NCBI GenBank assembly: GCA_028534125.1
Contig: CM052817.1
Coordinates: 98,954,001 to 99,018,000, forward strand
Origin: Lama glama
Lineage: Eukaryota
Length of the DNA stretch: 64,000 bases
Direction of reading: 5' to 3'
Translations under genes and position numbers: made by a program
The notes under the pieces: model-generated
Databases searched by the model: none
The model's input: the letters and a program-made list of their open reading frames with translations, nothing else
What the model was told of the DNA's origin: nothing
In this document: piece by piece, positions 12,701-24,550 of the stretch
Layout of the letters: each line of letters begins with the position of its first letter
How positions within the stretch are numbered: the first letter of the stretch is position 1

Positions 12701-14254
12701 GCACAGACTAAGATGTATGTACTGTATTATTAGAGAGGCCACTATGTGCTATTGAAAAGGATTTAAAGCAACACAAGGAAAGTGAGTGGTCCTCACATTC
12801 AGCTATTAATGGTTCAGGAATTTATCCTCATTTTCCAAAGGTGCCAGGTTCCAGACTTTCATAGCACTCTGCTGCTTGTTCCGGTAAAATCCCAATTCTT
12901 GCTGCTCGTGGAAGAGAAAACTCACAATACCCCTAAGTCACTGACTCCTTCAGAAAAACCCACTGTTCATGATCTGAGCTCCAAACAATGTTCCCATTAG
13001 CAGCGCTACTCAAACACACCGATTAAAAGCCTCACTCAGATACTTTTCTAAACATGAAACAGAAAACTATAAAGCAAACTTGTCCATTAAACTATCCTTT
13101 TTTTTAAATGAAAGGTTGATTTATATCTATTATATTGCATCATACTATCTTTCTGGAAAGTACCTACAGAGTATTGGCTGATAGTCTAACAAAAAAAGCT
13201 CAAGTTTAAACAATATCTAAGTCAGAACGATTGGTACCTTTGGATTCTATCAAATACATAAAAATATTTAAAATGTACCTTTTCATTATGTAACCACCTG
13301 AGGAGATACTCTACCCTCACTAAACGTAACAATGATCTGTTGTTTATTAAAAAGAAAAAAATCAGTGAAATGTTTAGAAACCAGTTCACATCTCATGTGG
13401 TGTTTATACTTCACTTTAACATCCTTCTTGGAAAGTCAGATCTATACTGGCAAGTCAAATACTATGAACCAAATCCTGTTTAACTTACAAATGCTGAAGT
13501 CAAACAATTTTTAAAACATATTCTAAAAAGAGCTTCCTATGCACACATCTGAAAGCAACCGCGCATTATCTACTTGTTCTCTTCCGCTCACCCTGAGCAG
13601 GAGGGACGCCTTTCTGTGTACCATATTTGGATCTGCTGGAACATAGCCTGAAAATGGACTTAACTTTTTGGGCATTTAAGTATCTGACAGGGTGTGGAGT
13701 GTGGGGATAAGGAGGTGGGAACTCAGAAACTGATAGCTGCCATCTGCCTTTTCTTTTTAATGGATGAACTTTGAGTCTGATCATGCAAACACTACTTACA
13801 GCTGTTCAAAGACTTAGTGAATTTAGACTCAAAGGGAAGTATTACTTGGTGTAATATAAGAAATTTACACTACTGAAATACTACATATTGAAGATGTCCT
13901 CTTCCTACGAAATATTATCTCAGTATCTTCTCTTTAATTATTATTTTATTGTTTCTCCTCTCCCTGGACAATGGGTTTCAAAAAGAGTTACCAAATAATC
14001 AAATGTTATCAAATACACTTGACAAAGATGTACATATGTATGCCAGACCTTCTGATTAGAATGAGATAACCAGTGGCACTGATCTGATAAAATTTTGCTA
14101 AAGAACACAAACTAGAATGTAACCCATGTTGCTTTTTTATAGGTAAAAGTCTATGTTCAAAGTGTTTATAAATTGCTGTGGCAGCTCTGGGGATACAATG
14201 ACCTTTGGCTGAGCTCCACTGACTTAATAAACATATCATGCCTAGTAAAATATA

Positions 14255-14690
14255 CTAATTTCATAAACCTAAGACTTCACTGACTGTAAGATGAACTTTT
14301 TTGTATCGCTAAGAAATAAAAAGAGCTGCAAAATGATAACAGATTGCTTTATGATGCAGAATTTTAATTTTACATTGACTGAAAGAGCTGTCAGACTTTT
14401 TAGACAGATTTTATTAAAGTACTGGACATATTTAAAAAAGGAAATATAAATTAAATTGTTTGTTCATACAATGTTTCCCAGAGTCCAACTGTTCTGAATT
14501 ACTTCCTGAGTTGAAGTTGTTGAAGTCTGTGTTCTTCCTCACAGTCCTGTCCTCACTGCCTTCAAAAGCATTAGTGAGGAAACATCTTTTAAAGAGAATT
14601 CTACACTATGACCTTTGGAATTTTCTTCCAAGCCTCAGGCATGCATTTGACAAATTGTGATGCTGACATTTTCTTGATCTCCCTGCCTTT
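14255..14690 (-). mobile_element. TcMar-Tc2 DNA transposon fossil (Kanga/MER104 family) with transposase C-terminus
   Basis: The end 'atttcataaacctaagacttcactgactgtaagatg' resembles the Kanga/MER104 terminal repeat. The minus strand translates, across a frameshift, as EAWKKIPKVIV* / FKRCFLTNAFEGSED, matching the pogo/Tc2 motif W..I....V..SFKKC.I.NA.DG.ED. Confidence 0.7.
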
Positions 14691-14837
14691 TTTTTTTTCT
14701 TCAGAGCTGTCAGTCAGTGCTCTTCTCATAACTACCTCTCATAACTACTCTTCTTCTGTCCTCTTCTGTCTCTGTTTACATGTCTGTTGACTATGATACC
14801 TCTCTCTGAATACCTCCACTATGATAAATCTATCTTT

Positions 14838-14940
14838 TTAAAAATATTTTTTTAATTGAAGTACAGTTAATTACAATGTGCCAATCTCTTGTGTACAGAA
14901 CAATGTCCCAGCCATGCATATACCTACATATATTCGGGTA
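14838..14940 (-). mobile_element. Short camelid-type L1 3' end
   Basis: 'ttttaattgaagtacagttaattacaatgtg...gtgtacagaacaatgtcccagccatgcatata' is the reverse complement of the L1 tail seen at 20009, 31070 and 36451. Confidence 0.75.
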
Positions 14941-14984
14941 ACTATCTTAAAACTTACCAAAATATATTTTAAAATGATGTTTAG

Positions 14985-15722
14985 TGGAAGACAGTTTGGC
15001 AGTTTCTTACAAATGAAATATATTCTTGCCATATGACCTAGCAAATTGCACTCCTTGGTACATACCCAGCTGAGTTGAAAATTTATGTTCACATGAAGGC
15101 CTGTACATGAATGTTTACAGCAATTTTACTCATAATTGCTAAAGCTTGGAAGCAACCAAGTTGTCCTTTAATAACTGAATCGATAAATAAACTGGTATAT
15201 CCACACGATGGAATATTTTCCACAATAAAATGAAACAAGCTATCAAGCCATGGAAAGACATGGAGGAAGCTTAGCCAATCTGAAAAGGCAACATACTGTA
15301 TGATTGCAAATATATGAACTTCCAGAAAAAGAAAAAATATGGAGACAATAATAAGATGAGTGGTTGCCTGAATTTGGAGTGTGGGCAAAGGGGGAGAAGT
15401 GATTAGGTGGAATACAGGGGATTTTTAGGGTATTGAAACTATTCTGTAATGGTGAACATGCATCATAATACATTAGTCAAAGCTCACAGAATGTACAACA
15501 CAAAACACGAACCCTGGTGTAAGCTATGGACTTCAGTTAATAATGATGTACCAATATTGGCTCATTAATTATAATAAACGTACCACACCAATACAAGATG
15601 TTAGTAATAGAAAGAACTGGGGGGAAGGGGAGTGAAGGGTGTATACAGAACTTTTTTTATGATCTGCTCACTTTTTAATAAACCTGAAACTGCTCTAAAA
15701 ATAAAGTTTATTGTATTTTTAA
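14985..15722 (+). mobile_element. L1MC-type 3' end (ORF2 end plus 3' UTR)
   Basis: 'ccatatgacctagcaaattgcactccttgg', 'ggaagcaaccaagttgtcct' and the L1MC-type UTR 'acagaatgtacaaca...aaacctgaaactgctctaaaaataaagttta'. Confidence 0.9.
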
Positions 15723-16874
15723 AAATTATGTTGATATGTCTGCCTGTTCCTCCACTGACGGACATGTTACTTAAAGACATGAGTCACAGCTCATTTATCT
15801 GTGGATGTTGTGCCTAAGACAACTACGAGTACCTGTTGGGGGTTCCACTGCTACCTACTGAAGTGCAAGGAGTGTGGCTGCCCTGCTCAAAGGATTCTCA
15901 GAGCCTTCATTCCTAATACATGTGCCACAGCCTAGAGAATGACATGCATTAATAAATACTAAATTCATATTTTTCATATTATCTATATAACACATCTCAG
16001 TACAAATATATCAGTCTCCTTTTCAGAGTGAGCTGAAAAGTATGAGCTGATAAGCCACTAATTTATCTAGTATTTACTACCTGTGCTAGGCACTGCGGGG
16101 CAAAGATGAATAAGGCATTGTGTACCTGCCCTGGAGGGCCTCCCTGTACGATGAAGGCATGGGTGTGAAAACAAGAATGTCTAGAGAGGTATCGCGGGCA
16201 GAGTGCTGAGAACATAACGGAAGCTTAAGTAGTAGTATAACCTCTCATATAAATACATAAATAACTTGAAAGAAAACCTTGTTTTATGTATTTGGGAGGT
16301 AAAAATATAGTTTGCATTTATCAACAGTCAAGATATCATAAAGGTTAAAACTTAAAATACTGCCTATCCTCTTATCATTTTAACATTTCATCAAATTATC
16401 TTGAGCAAACTATGAACTGTCTTTATGAAGCTTGTACCATTTCCTTCAATTATTTCAGCCTTTGCTTCATAGTTCTATTCCCCGTCATCATCCTGGATGG
16501 CTTCAGAATTTGTACTAATGTTTCTTCTGAAGTCTTCCTTCTCTGCTCACGTTAGTCACCTCTAAGCATTAATATAATTAATAATCCAAGCAATTCAAAT
16601 CCAACTGTCCTTGAAAAACTGTTACCTCTTTTTCTGCCAGTTAATTTTTCTTTCAAACGTGGCCTTTAACCTCACTTCTTGTAATTTCTTTAAGGTATTA
16701 AATTACAAAGACACACGACAATAAAAACAGCCAATAAGTGGTGGCTACAGTTTATCTAATTACTGTGATGATTAACATAAATTATATCAATTAATTCTCA
16801 ATCAACCTTAAGTCTCCAACCCACTACACCATATTTTTTATCCACATGATGAAATATGATGGGAACAGGCTAAC

Positions 16875-17050
16875 AGATCTGGGTTCTAAGCCTGGCTGAA
16901 ATGGTCATAAAGTCTTGGGGAACAGTTTAAATTTTTAAAGCTTCAACTTACTCATCTCTAAAATGCAAAAACAACACATTCCTCGTAAAATTAGGGCAAG
17001 AATTAAATTGTATGCCTGGTACAGAGTCAGTTCTTATTAGATGCCGATTC
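16875..17050 (+). mobile_element. MIR fragment
   Basis: 'gatctgggttctaagcctgg...cttcaacttactcatctctaaaatg'. Confidence 0.6.
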
Positions 17051-17069
17051 CCTTCCCAGTTCTCCTTCT

Positions 17070-17565
17070 TTGGTGGGCAGCCTCCAAGACAGCCCCCTTC
17101 TGGTATTCGGGCTCTTGCTGGTTCCCTCTTACACTAAAGACAGCTGACCCCGTACCCAACTGCACACTGTAGAAATGACACAGTGGGACTTCCGAGATTA
17201 AGTCGTAAAAGGTGTTGTGCCTTCCACCCTTCTCTATTTTGGATGGCCTGGCCCGGGGAAATCAGCTGCCACATGGTGAGGAAATTCACGCAGCTCTATG
17301 GAGAGGTCCATGCGGTGAGGGGCCGAGGTCTCCTGATGATTCACCAACAGAGGGAGTGAGCCATCTTAGAAGGCCCAGTCACACCTCTGAGGATGTAGCT
17401 CCAGAAGACATCTTGACTACAAGCTCAGGAGACATGGAGAGCCGGAACCACCTGGCTAAGCATCCCCAAACTCCTGATCCAATACAACTATGTGAGGTAG
17501 GAATGCCTACTGCTGTTTTAGCTGTTAACTTCTGTAATTCACAGCACAGCAGTAGTAAACGAACA
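17070..17565 (+). mobile_element. MaLR solo LTR (MLT1F-like)
   Basis: 'tggtgggcagcctccaagacagcccc', 'cagctgccacatggtgagg...tatggagaggtccatg', 'accacctggctaagcatccccaaactcctga'. This explains the 165-aa ORF at 17212. Confidence 0.85.
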
Positions 17566-18380
17566 CATTTTCCTCAGACCTGCCTGACCTGTTTAACCCC
17601 AAACCAGGCCCCATGGTGTTTTTTTCAACTAGATTTTTTAAAAAGCATCCTGGACACTTATCAGTTTGACCATTGCCATACTTACTTTGTTAATCATCTT
17701 GGTGATTAAAATCCCATGATCTATTTTTCTAGCTGATATACACGGGCCGCCATGCTTCATTACAGAAAATCAAACCATATACTAATAATTGTACTATAAA
17801 TCCAAGCTCTGTATCTTTAAGGGGCTCAAATTCTACTCTGATTATTTTTGTGTTTCTAATGTCACACTCCCTTCAGTGGCTGCCCTAAATTACAAATATG
17901 CCTCAGTTTCTTTCTCTGTAGACTGTCTGGCTTTTACCTTTAAAAAGAGAACATTATGCATTTTTTCTTGACTTTCTTCTTCTCCGCTGTAGAATGTTCG
18001 TATTTTAACCCTCCTGCTCCTCTTTACCCTGTGCTTTGGGGTAAAAGTGTCCTCTTATCGCCTGAAAATATGCTATGTGCCTGGTTTCCAATTTTTCCCC
18101 TTCTAAGTTATTCTTCCTCTGAGACTATTCAGATTCTGCTACTAGAAAGAATCTTTTCCTTAATTCCCATTCATCCCAGAATCATTTCTTCTTTCATTGG
18201 ATATTCTACTTCTCAAAAGAAGCCATATTCATTTACTCACTCCGCAATCTCTTCACCCCATCACACCTCAACTCCTTTAAATCTATAATTCCATTATACT
18301 CTATTGAAATTTTCTATTAAAGTTGCAAATATCCTCCCCTTTAAGTCTGAAAATTTTCTGCCTCTATGAAGGTGAACTAC

Positions 18381-18670
18381 TGTGGCAAAGACTATTTGTC
18401 ATTCAATAGCCACTCCTACTTTCTTTAATAATAAAAATCTTAGCCAGAGACACATTTACCACTCTTCTTTCTAACTTGATGAGGCCATGTGACCAAGTTA
18501 TGGGTACTGAGATATGAACAGAAGTAACATGTTCCACTGCCAGGTTGTCCATCTCAAAAAGAACGGGCATGTTTCCTTTCTCCCTTCCTGCTGGCTGGGA
18601 AGTGAAGCAAACTAGACCCGTCTTGGGTCTAGAGAGGGCAGTCACACGCTACAACGGGCAGATTCCCTCT
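18381..18670 (+). mobile_element. MaLR LTR (MLT1J-like) fragment
   Basis: 'tgtggcaaagact...ggccatgtgaccaagttatgggtactgagatatgaacagaagt...cccttcctgctggctggga'. Confidence 0.7.
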
Positions 18671-18896
18671 CCAACTTTAGGCTCCTCTTCTCTGTGTATG
18701 ACAGAAAAATGAGGAGACCCTAGATAATAACACCAGCAATACATTCAAAGTACTGGGTATGCGAAAGCAAATAGTAAGACTGCAAGATACAGTGGCTTAA
18801 ACATGACAGAGAACAACTTAGCCTGTACCACGACTAATACACCCAGTGCACTGGTCAGTATCCTCATAGGAATCAGAAGGTACAATTAGACTGGAT

Positions 18897-18982
18897 TCTT
18901 CTTTTTTTCTTTTTTATTGACGCACAGTCAGTTTACGACGTTGTACCACGTTCTGGTACACAGCACAACGTGTCAGTCATAC
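18897..18982 (-). mobile_element. 5'-truncated camelid-type L1 tail with TSD
   Basis: Poly-T followed by 'attgacgcacagtcagtttac...gtacacagcacaacgtgtcagtcat', flanked by tagactggat at 18887-18896 and 18983-18992. Confidence 0.85.
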
Positions 18983-19199
18983 TAGACTGGATGCTGAGAT
19001 GCTATTCACATACAGGGTCAAGGAAACCAACAAGCCATTCTGAGGAACCTGCAGACTCACATGAGAGAACATTACAACCCACGGGCCTCAAGGAGTAAGT
19101 GAATAATATTACTAGTAAACATCCTGACATATAAACTGGTCCCAGGCTGGGATACTTGGAAGAGATGAAAGCTAAATACTCTGGAGAGGTATACTATCA

Positions 19200-19990
19200 T
19201 TCAAGGATTCTAACAGGTAAAGGTTCTCCTAAAGATGAACTCACAATCCAAAATTACATGTATGAGGGAACAGACCATCATGAGTAAGAGGCATCCAACA
19301 GCACAAACAGAACTACAGATGACAGCAATATTGAACAAGGCTTCTCAAATAAACGTTTTAAGTTATCAGAGACATATCAAAGAATGAGAATATAAGGAAA
19401 GGAGACACAGTTTTTTTTTTAAAGTCAGACTGAAAAAGAACCAAACAGAAATTCTAGAAATGAAAAAAACAGCCACTAAGTTTATACTGGACTGATTAAA
19501 TAGATTTGAAATAGCTGAAGAGTCAGTTAGTGATTTAAAAATGTGAAGAAATTACAAGAATGGAGCACAGAGAAATAATACAGTGGAAAATACAAGAGAT
19601 GCTTCGTAGGCATGGAGGAGAGTGAGAAAGAATCTTACATCTAAAAGGAATTCTACCAAGAATAAACAGAGAATGGGGAGGAGACAATATCAAAGTGATA
19701 ATCCTGACAACTTTCTGGAATGTTTTTAAAACACAAATCCTTAGATTCAAGATGCAAACTAAGCCCCAAGCAGAATAAATAAAAATAAATCTGTTTGAAC
19801 ACATTATTATAAAACTGCAAAATCTGAGACACTTGGAAAAAATTTTAAAGCATTCTAAAAAGGAACAGCTGATAGATTTTACAACAGAGATTTCTCAACA
19901 GTAACAACAAAAGTGAAAAGTTAATGCAATAATAGTATCTTCTAAATGCTAGGAGAGAAAATAATAGTCAACCTATTAGCTAAGGAGTGA
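19200..19990 (+). mobile_element. Old L1 (L1M/HAL1-like) ORF1-region fragment
   Basis: A-rich decayed ORF1 coiled-coil sequence 'aaaagaaccaaacagaaattctagaaatgaaaa...atagctgaagagtcagttagtga'. Confidence 0.7.
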
Positions 19991-20008
19991 GATAAAAAAA
20001 TCATTTTA

Positions 20009-20193
20009 TAAACAATCAGTTTCTACTGGATAGCACAGGGAACTATTTCAGTATCTTGTAGTAAACTATAATGAAAAAGAATATGAAAACGAATATATGT
20101 ATGTATATGTATGACTGAAGCATTGTGCTGTACACCAGAAATTGACACAATACTGTAAACTGACTCTACTTCAATAAAAAAGAATACAAATTT
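20009..20193 (+). mobile_element. Camelid/cetartiodactyl L1 3' end with TSD
   Basis: 'tagcacagggaactatttcagtatcttgtagtaaactataatgaaaaagaatatg...tgctgtacaccagaaattgacac...cttcaataaaaa'. TSD aaaaaatcatttta at 19995-20008 and 20194-20207. Confidence 0.9.
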
Positions 20194-20289
20194 AAAAAAT
20201 CATTTTAGATTAAAAAAAAATCTACCCTCCCAAACAAAAAACATTTCTGTAGCTTTACACTGTCCATGGGCTACTAGTTTGTAACTTCT

Positions 20290-20900
20290 GCTGTACATCC
20301 AAAACTTTAATCTTTTAGCTTCCTCCACCTGGGTATTGTACCAACATCTGAAACTCAACCTATCCAAGGATGAACATGACAATATATTTCCAAAACCTTC
20401 TCCTCTTCATGACTTCACATTTCTTTTAAATTCACCACCATCATCCAGTCACCTAAAGTTAAAACGTTAGAATACTATTTAACTTCTATTGAGATACAAA
20501 ATCCTACAAATTCTACCTATATGTTTCTTTGTCTTCTGTGTTAGTCACCCCCACGGCCACTATTCTACATCAGGCTGATATTATTTAGACATTTGAAAAA
20601 GCTCCCTAAATTGATTTCACAAGTGTCAACTGTCCCTACTCCATTCAATCCTATATGAAGGTACTAGAATAAACTTCCTAAATTGTTAACTTCAGTCATA
20701 CCCACTCTGCTCCACAAAATCCTAAAATGCTCTTCTTTGCGCACAGAATAAACCCAATTCCTCATCATGGCATTCAAGTCCCTCTGAATATCTGACCTCA
20801 AACTCCCTTTTTGGTCTTAAGTATCGCCTACTTTCTTCTTTACATTAGTCAAACTGGGTCACTGTTAACCAAAATAACTTGTTAACTCTCTTCAGTATCT
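20290..20900 (+). mobile_element. L2 fragment
   Basis: 'tccacctgggtattgtaccaacatctgaaactcaac...catggcattcaagtccct' resembles the L2 body. Confidence 0.6.
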
Positions 20901-21859
20901 CCGTATATGTTCTTTCCTCTGCTGAAACTCAATTAAAATTAAACAGGTACCTACTGAGGTCTCTTGTGTGACACACTTGGGTTCAGCAGCAGGGAGGTGG
21001 GGAAGGGGTAGAAACAAACAAATTATTCACTCATTCACACCCAGTTCTTTGCCTGAGTTTCATGAGGAAATGGCCACAACTTCTTCTTTTCTTCTTTCCC
21101 TTAGTTAACGCTCTCACATACATTTCCACCTGTCAACTAAAGTGTTCACACAGAAGCCAGATAATCATCCCTAAGGGAAATGTATAAGGGCTTATTGCAC
21201 TTCCTGGGTAGCAGAGCAAAATAACACTCCAGGTTCTCTCAGATCTAGGATCCTGTTAATATTATAGTGTGACCCTGGGCTATCAAAGAGCCTGCCGACA
21301 AAAGATAACATCATTATCATTATGTCATTTTTGCCAAAGAAGTAAATAAGTGGTTTCTGATTTACTTTTAGTCGATCATAAAATTAAAATATTCCACATC
21401 CCATGCATGTTTATAAATTATGTCTTTATTCTAACTAAATATATTTGTGTAGGAAACTAGAAATGCTGTTCTTACATGATGGTTCTAAATTACTCAGGAA
21501 CGTCTACTTTGGAAAGATAAGATAGTTTTAAAATGGGTTTTGAAATACAGAAATACAAAACAAGTGGTGAATTTTCTGTTTGATGGCACAGTGTAAAAGA
21601 GGCACTAAAATGAGAGAATCATTTTGTTCACTTCCTGAGAGAACAATGATCTAATCTGGATGAACAGTTACACAACTAAAAAAGCAGGGATTTACAGCAG
21701 GAAAGAAAATTAAGGGTTGTCCAATCTTTGGCTAGATGTTCAAAGTCAGTTTGAACTTTAACCACTGTAATCTAGTGATTTTTGTGGATTTTTGATTGTT
21801 CACTTTTTGTAAAAACTGGTTTTATTTTTGTTTACATTTTGCTGCTAACTGCTTAGATT

Positions 21860-22087
21860 GGGGGTTGGCAAACATTTTCTATAAAAGACCAGATAGTAAA
21901 TATCTTAGGCTTTGCCATGCAATCACTATCACAATTACTCAGCCTTGCTACTGTAGCCCAAAGGCAGCTGTAGACAATATAAACAAATAAACATGGTGGC
22001 AAATTTTCCATTAAAAAAAAAAAGCTTATTTACTAAAACAAGCAGCAAGCTGGATTTGGCCCATGGGCCATAGTTTGCTGATTCCTG
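21860..22087. mobile_element. MER58A (hAT-Charlie)
   Basis: 'ggggttggcaaacattttctataaaagaccagatagtaaatatcttaggctttg...ggatttggcccatgggccatagtttgctgattcctg'. Confidence 0.9.
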
Positions 22088-22604
22088 TTTAAGACTCATA
22101 AAAACAATTTTTAAATAAATTAGTTGAATTTTGATTTTTCTCCAATTAAAGAAGCTGATTAGGTTTAAAACCCAAACCAGTAAAACCCCAAAGCCTAGCA
22201 GATGGCCCTAATGGTTCTGGAAACATGCGTTCCATCTAGTCCCTGGAAGTATTTTTCTTCTCCCTGCTTCACTGACATCTGAGACTGTCTCAGAAGACTT
22301 CCAGTCTGAAAGACAACAGCCTCCTCCGCAGGGGAATAAAAACCCAGTCCAGCATCATCTCTGAGTTAGGATCTTCTTAAGATTCAAAAGGCGCTGACCA
22401 GGCCAACAGTAACAGTGGGTAAGTTACTTATTTTTATTACTAAGCCTCAATTTCCTCAAAGCAGATCTACAACAGGAAAATAAAATGAGATACTATATGA
22501 AGGAATGCCTAAAACAATGCCTGGCACATAGCAGGTGTTCAACAACGGACAGTTCTCTTCTCGCTACCACTTCCCCTCCTTACCCACAAAACCCCTGGAT
22601 TCTA

Positions 22605-22990
22605 AGTTCATTCATTTATCCTACTATTGTATATTCATTTAGGACTTACCATGTGTATTAAGGATTGTGCTTAACTGAGAATACAGCAGTAACACCGACA
22701 AGGTCCCTGTTCTCATTCTTGTGGGAAAACTGACATTAACACATACATTATTCAACAAGACGTTAGATAGTGATTAGTGCTACAAACAAAGTGATTAGAT
22801 ACAGGGTAATTGAGAATTTTGAATAGAATGAGCAGGGAAGGTTCCTCTGGAAAGGTGGCATATGACTTGAGACTTAAGGATAAAAATCAGCCCAATAAGT
22901 ATCTGGGGAAAGAGTATTCTAGATGAGCTAAACAAGTACAAATTTCTAGAGGCTAGAAAGTTTCTAATATGCTCAACATCAGAAGTGAAG
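22605..22990 (-). mobile_element. L2 fragment
   Basis: 'ttcattcatttatc...ggacttaccatgtg...gacaaggtccctgttctca...cagggaaggttcctctgga'. Confidence 0.65.
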
Positions 22991-23079
22991 TAGGACTCAT
23001 CTCCTGAAATAGCTTATCTCCAATGTCAGCCACTGTTCCATCCTCATCATGTCAGACAACAACACCCCTTTCTGCTTTG

Positions 23080-24550
23080 TTACCTTTGCAGCCATTTTAC
23101 ATTCCTGCCAGCAGTGTAGAAGGGTTCCAGTTTCTCCACATCCTCACCAATACTTGGTGCCTTTCTTTTAACTATATATAACAGCCATCCCAACCTGTGT
23201 GAGATGATATCTCATTGTAGTTTGATCTGCATTTCCTTGATGAATAGTGATTTTGAGCATCTTTTCATACACCTGTTGGCCATTTGTTAGCGGGAAGCAT
23301 TCATTGGAGAAATATCTATTCTATTCTTTAGTCCATTTTCAAATATTTATTTTTAAAAATTGAAGTAGTTAGTTTACTTTTAAAAAACATTTAAAAATTA
23401 TTTTAGCTCATTTTAAAATGAGGTTATTAGTCTTTTTTTGTTTGTTTCTTTTTTTCTTTTTTTTTGCTACTGAGGTGTAGGAGTTCCTTATATAGTTTGG
23501 AAATTAACCCCTTATCTGACGTATAGTTTGAAAAAAACTTCTCTCATCCCATAGGCTACCTATTCATTTTGTTGACTGTTTCCTTTGCTGTGTGGAAGCT
23601 TTTTAGTATGATGTAGTCTCCTTCATCTATTTTTGTTTTTGTTGCCTGTACTTTTGGTGTCATGTCCATGAAATCACTGCCAAGATTAATGTCATGAAGA
23701 TTTTCCTCTGTTATCTTCTAGGAGTTTTATGGCTTCAGTCTTACATTTAAGTCTATAATCCATTTCGAATTGATTTTTGTATATGGTCTAAGCTAAGGGT
23801 CCAATTTCATTCTTCTGCATATGGATATTGGTTTCCCAACAATATTTATTTAAGAGGCTACCCTTTCCCTAGTGGATAATATTGGTACCTTTGCTGAAGA
23901 TCAGCTGACCATACACGCATGGATTTATTTCTGGGCTCTCTACCTGGTTCAACTGGTCTATATATGTCTGTCTTTATGCCAGTATCACACTGTTTTAATT
24001 ACTGTAGTTTTATAATATATTTTAAAATCATGAAGCATGATGGTTCCATTTTTATTCTTTTTTCTCAAGATTACTTTGGTTATTCAGGGTCTTTTGTTGT
24101 TCATATGAATTTAGGATTGTTTTTTCCTACTTCTGTAAAAAAAAATGACACTGGGATTTTTGATAGAGACTGCAAGGAAACTGTCAATCACTTTGAGTAG
24201 TACGGATGTTTTAACATTAAGTCTTCCACGCCACAAACATGTCATTTGTTTGTGTCTAATTTTTTTTAATCAGTGTTTTGTAGTTTTCAGTTTATAAATT
24301 TTTCATCTCCTTAATTAAGTTTATTCCTAAGTATTTTATTCTTTTTAGTGCTATTGTAAGTAAGATTGTTCTCCTAATTTCCTTTTCAAATAGCTCATTG
24401 TCAGTGTACAGAAAAGCAACTAATATTTGTACGTAATTTTGTTTTCTGCAACTTCATTGAATTTATTTCTTTGTGTGGAGTCTTCAGAGTACCTATAAAT
24501 AAGATCATGTCATCTGCAAACAAGAACAATTTTATTTCTTCCTTCTTAGT
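23080..24550 (-). mobile_element. L1 (L1M) ORF2 3'-half fragment
   Basis: Typical antisense L1 text: 'ccattttacattcctgccagcagtgtagaagggttccagtttctccacatcctcacc', 'tgtttcctttgctgtgtggaagctttttagt', 'gatcatgtcatctgcaaac'. Confidence 0.93.

Noticed and set aside
17212..17709. 165-aa ORF on the plus strand
   Set aside because: It lies mostly within an MLT1F-like LTR, starts at a non-ATG codon and resembles no protein family I know.
18612..18632. Perfect 8-bp hairpin ctagaccc/gggtctag
   Set aside because: It is short, inside an LTR fragment, and expected by chance in 64 kb.
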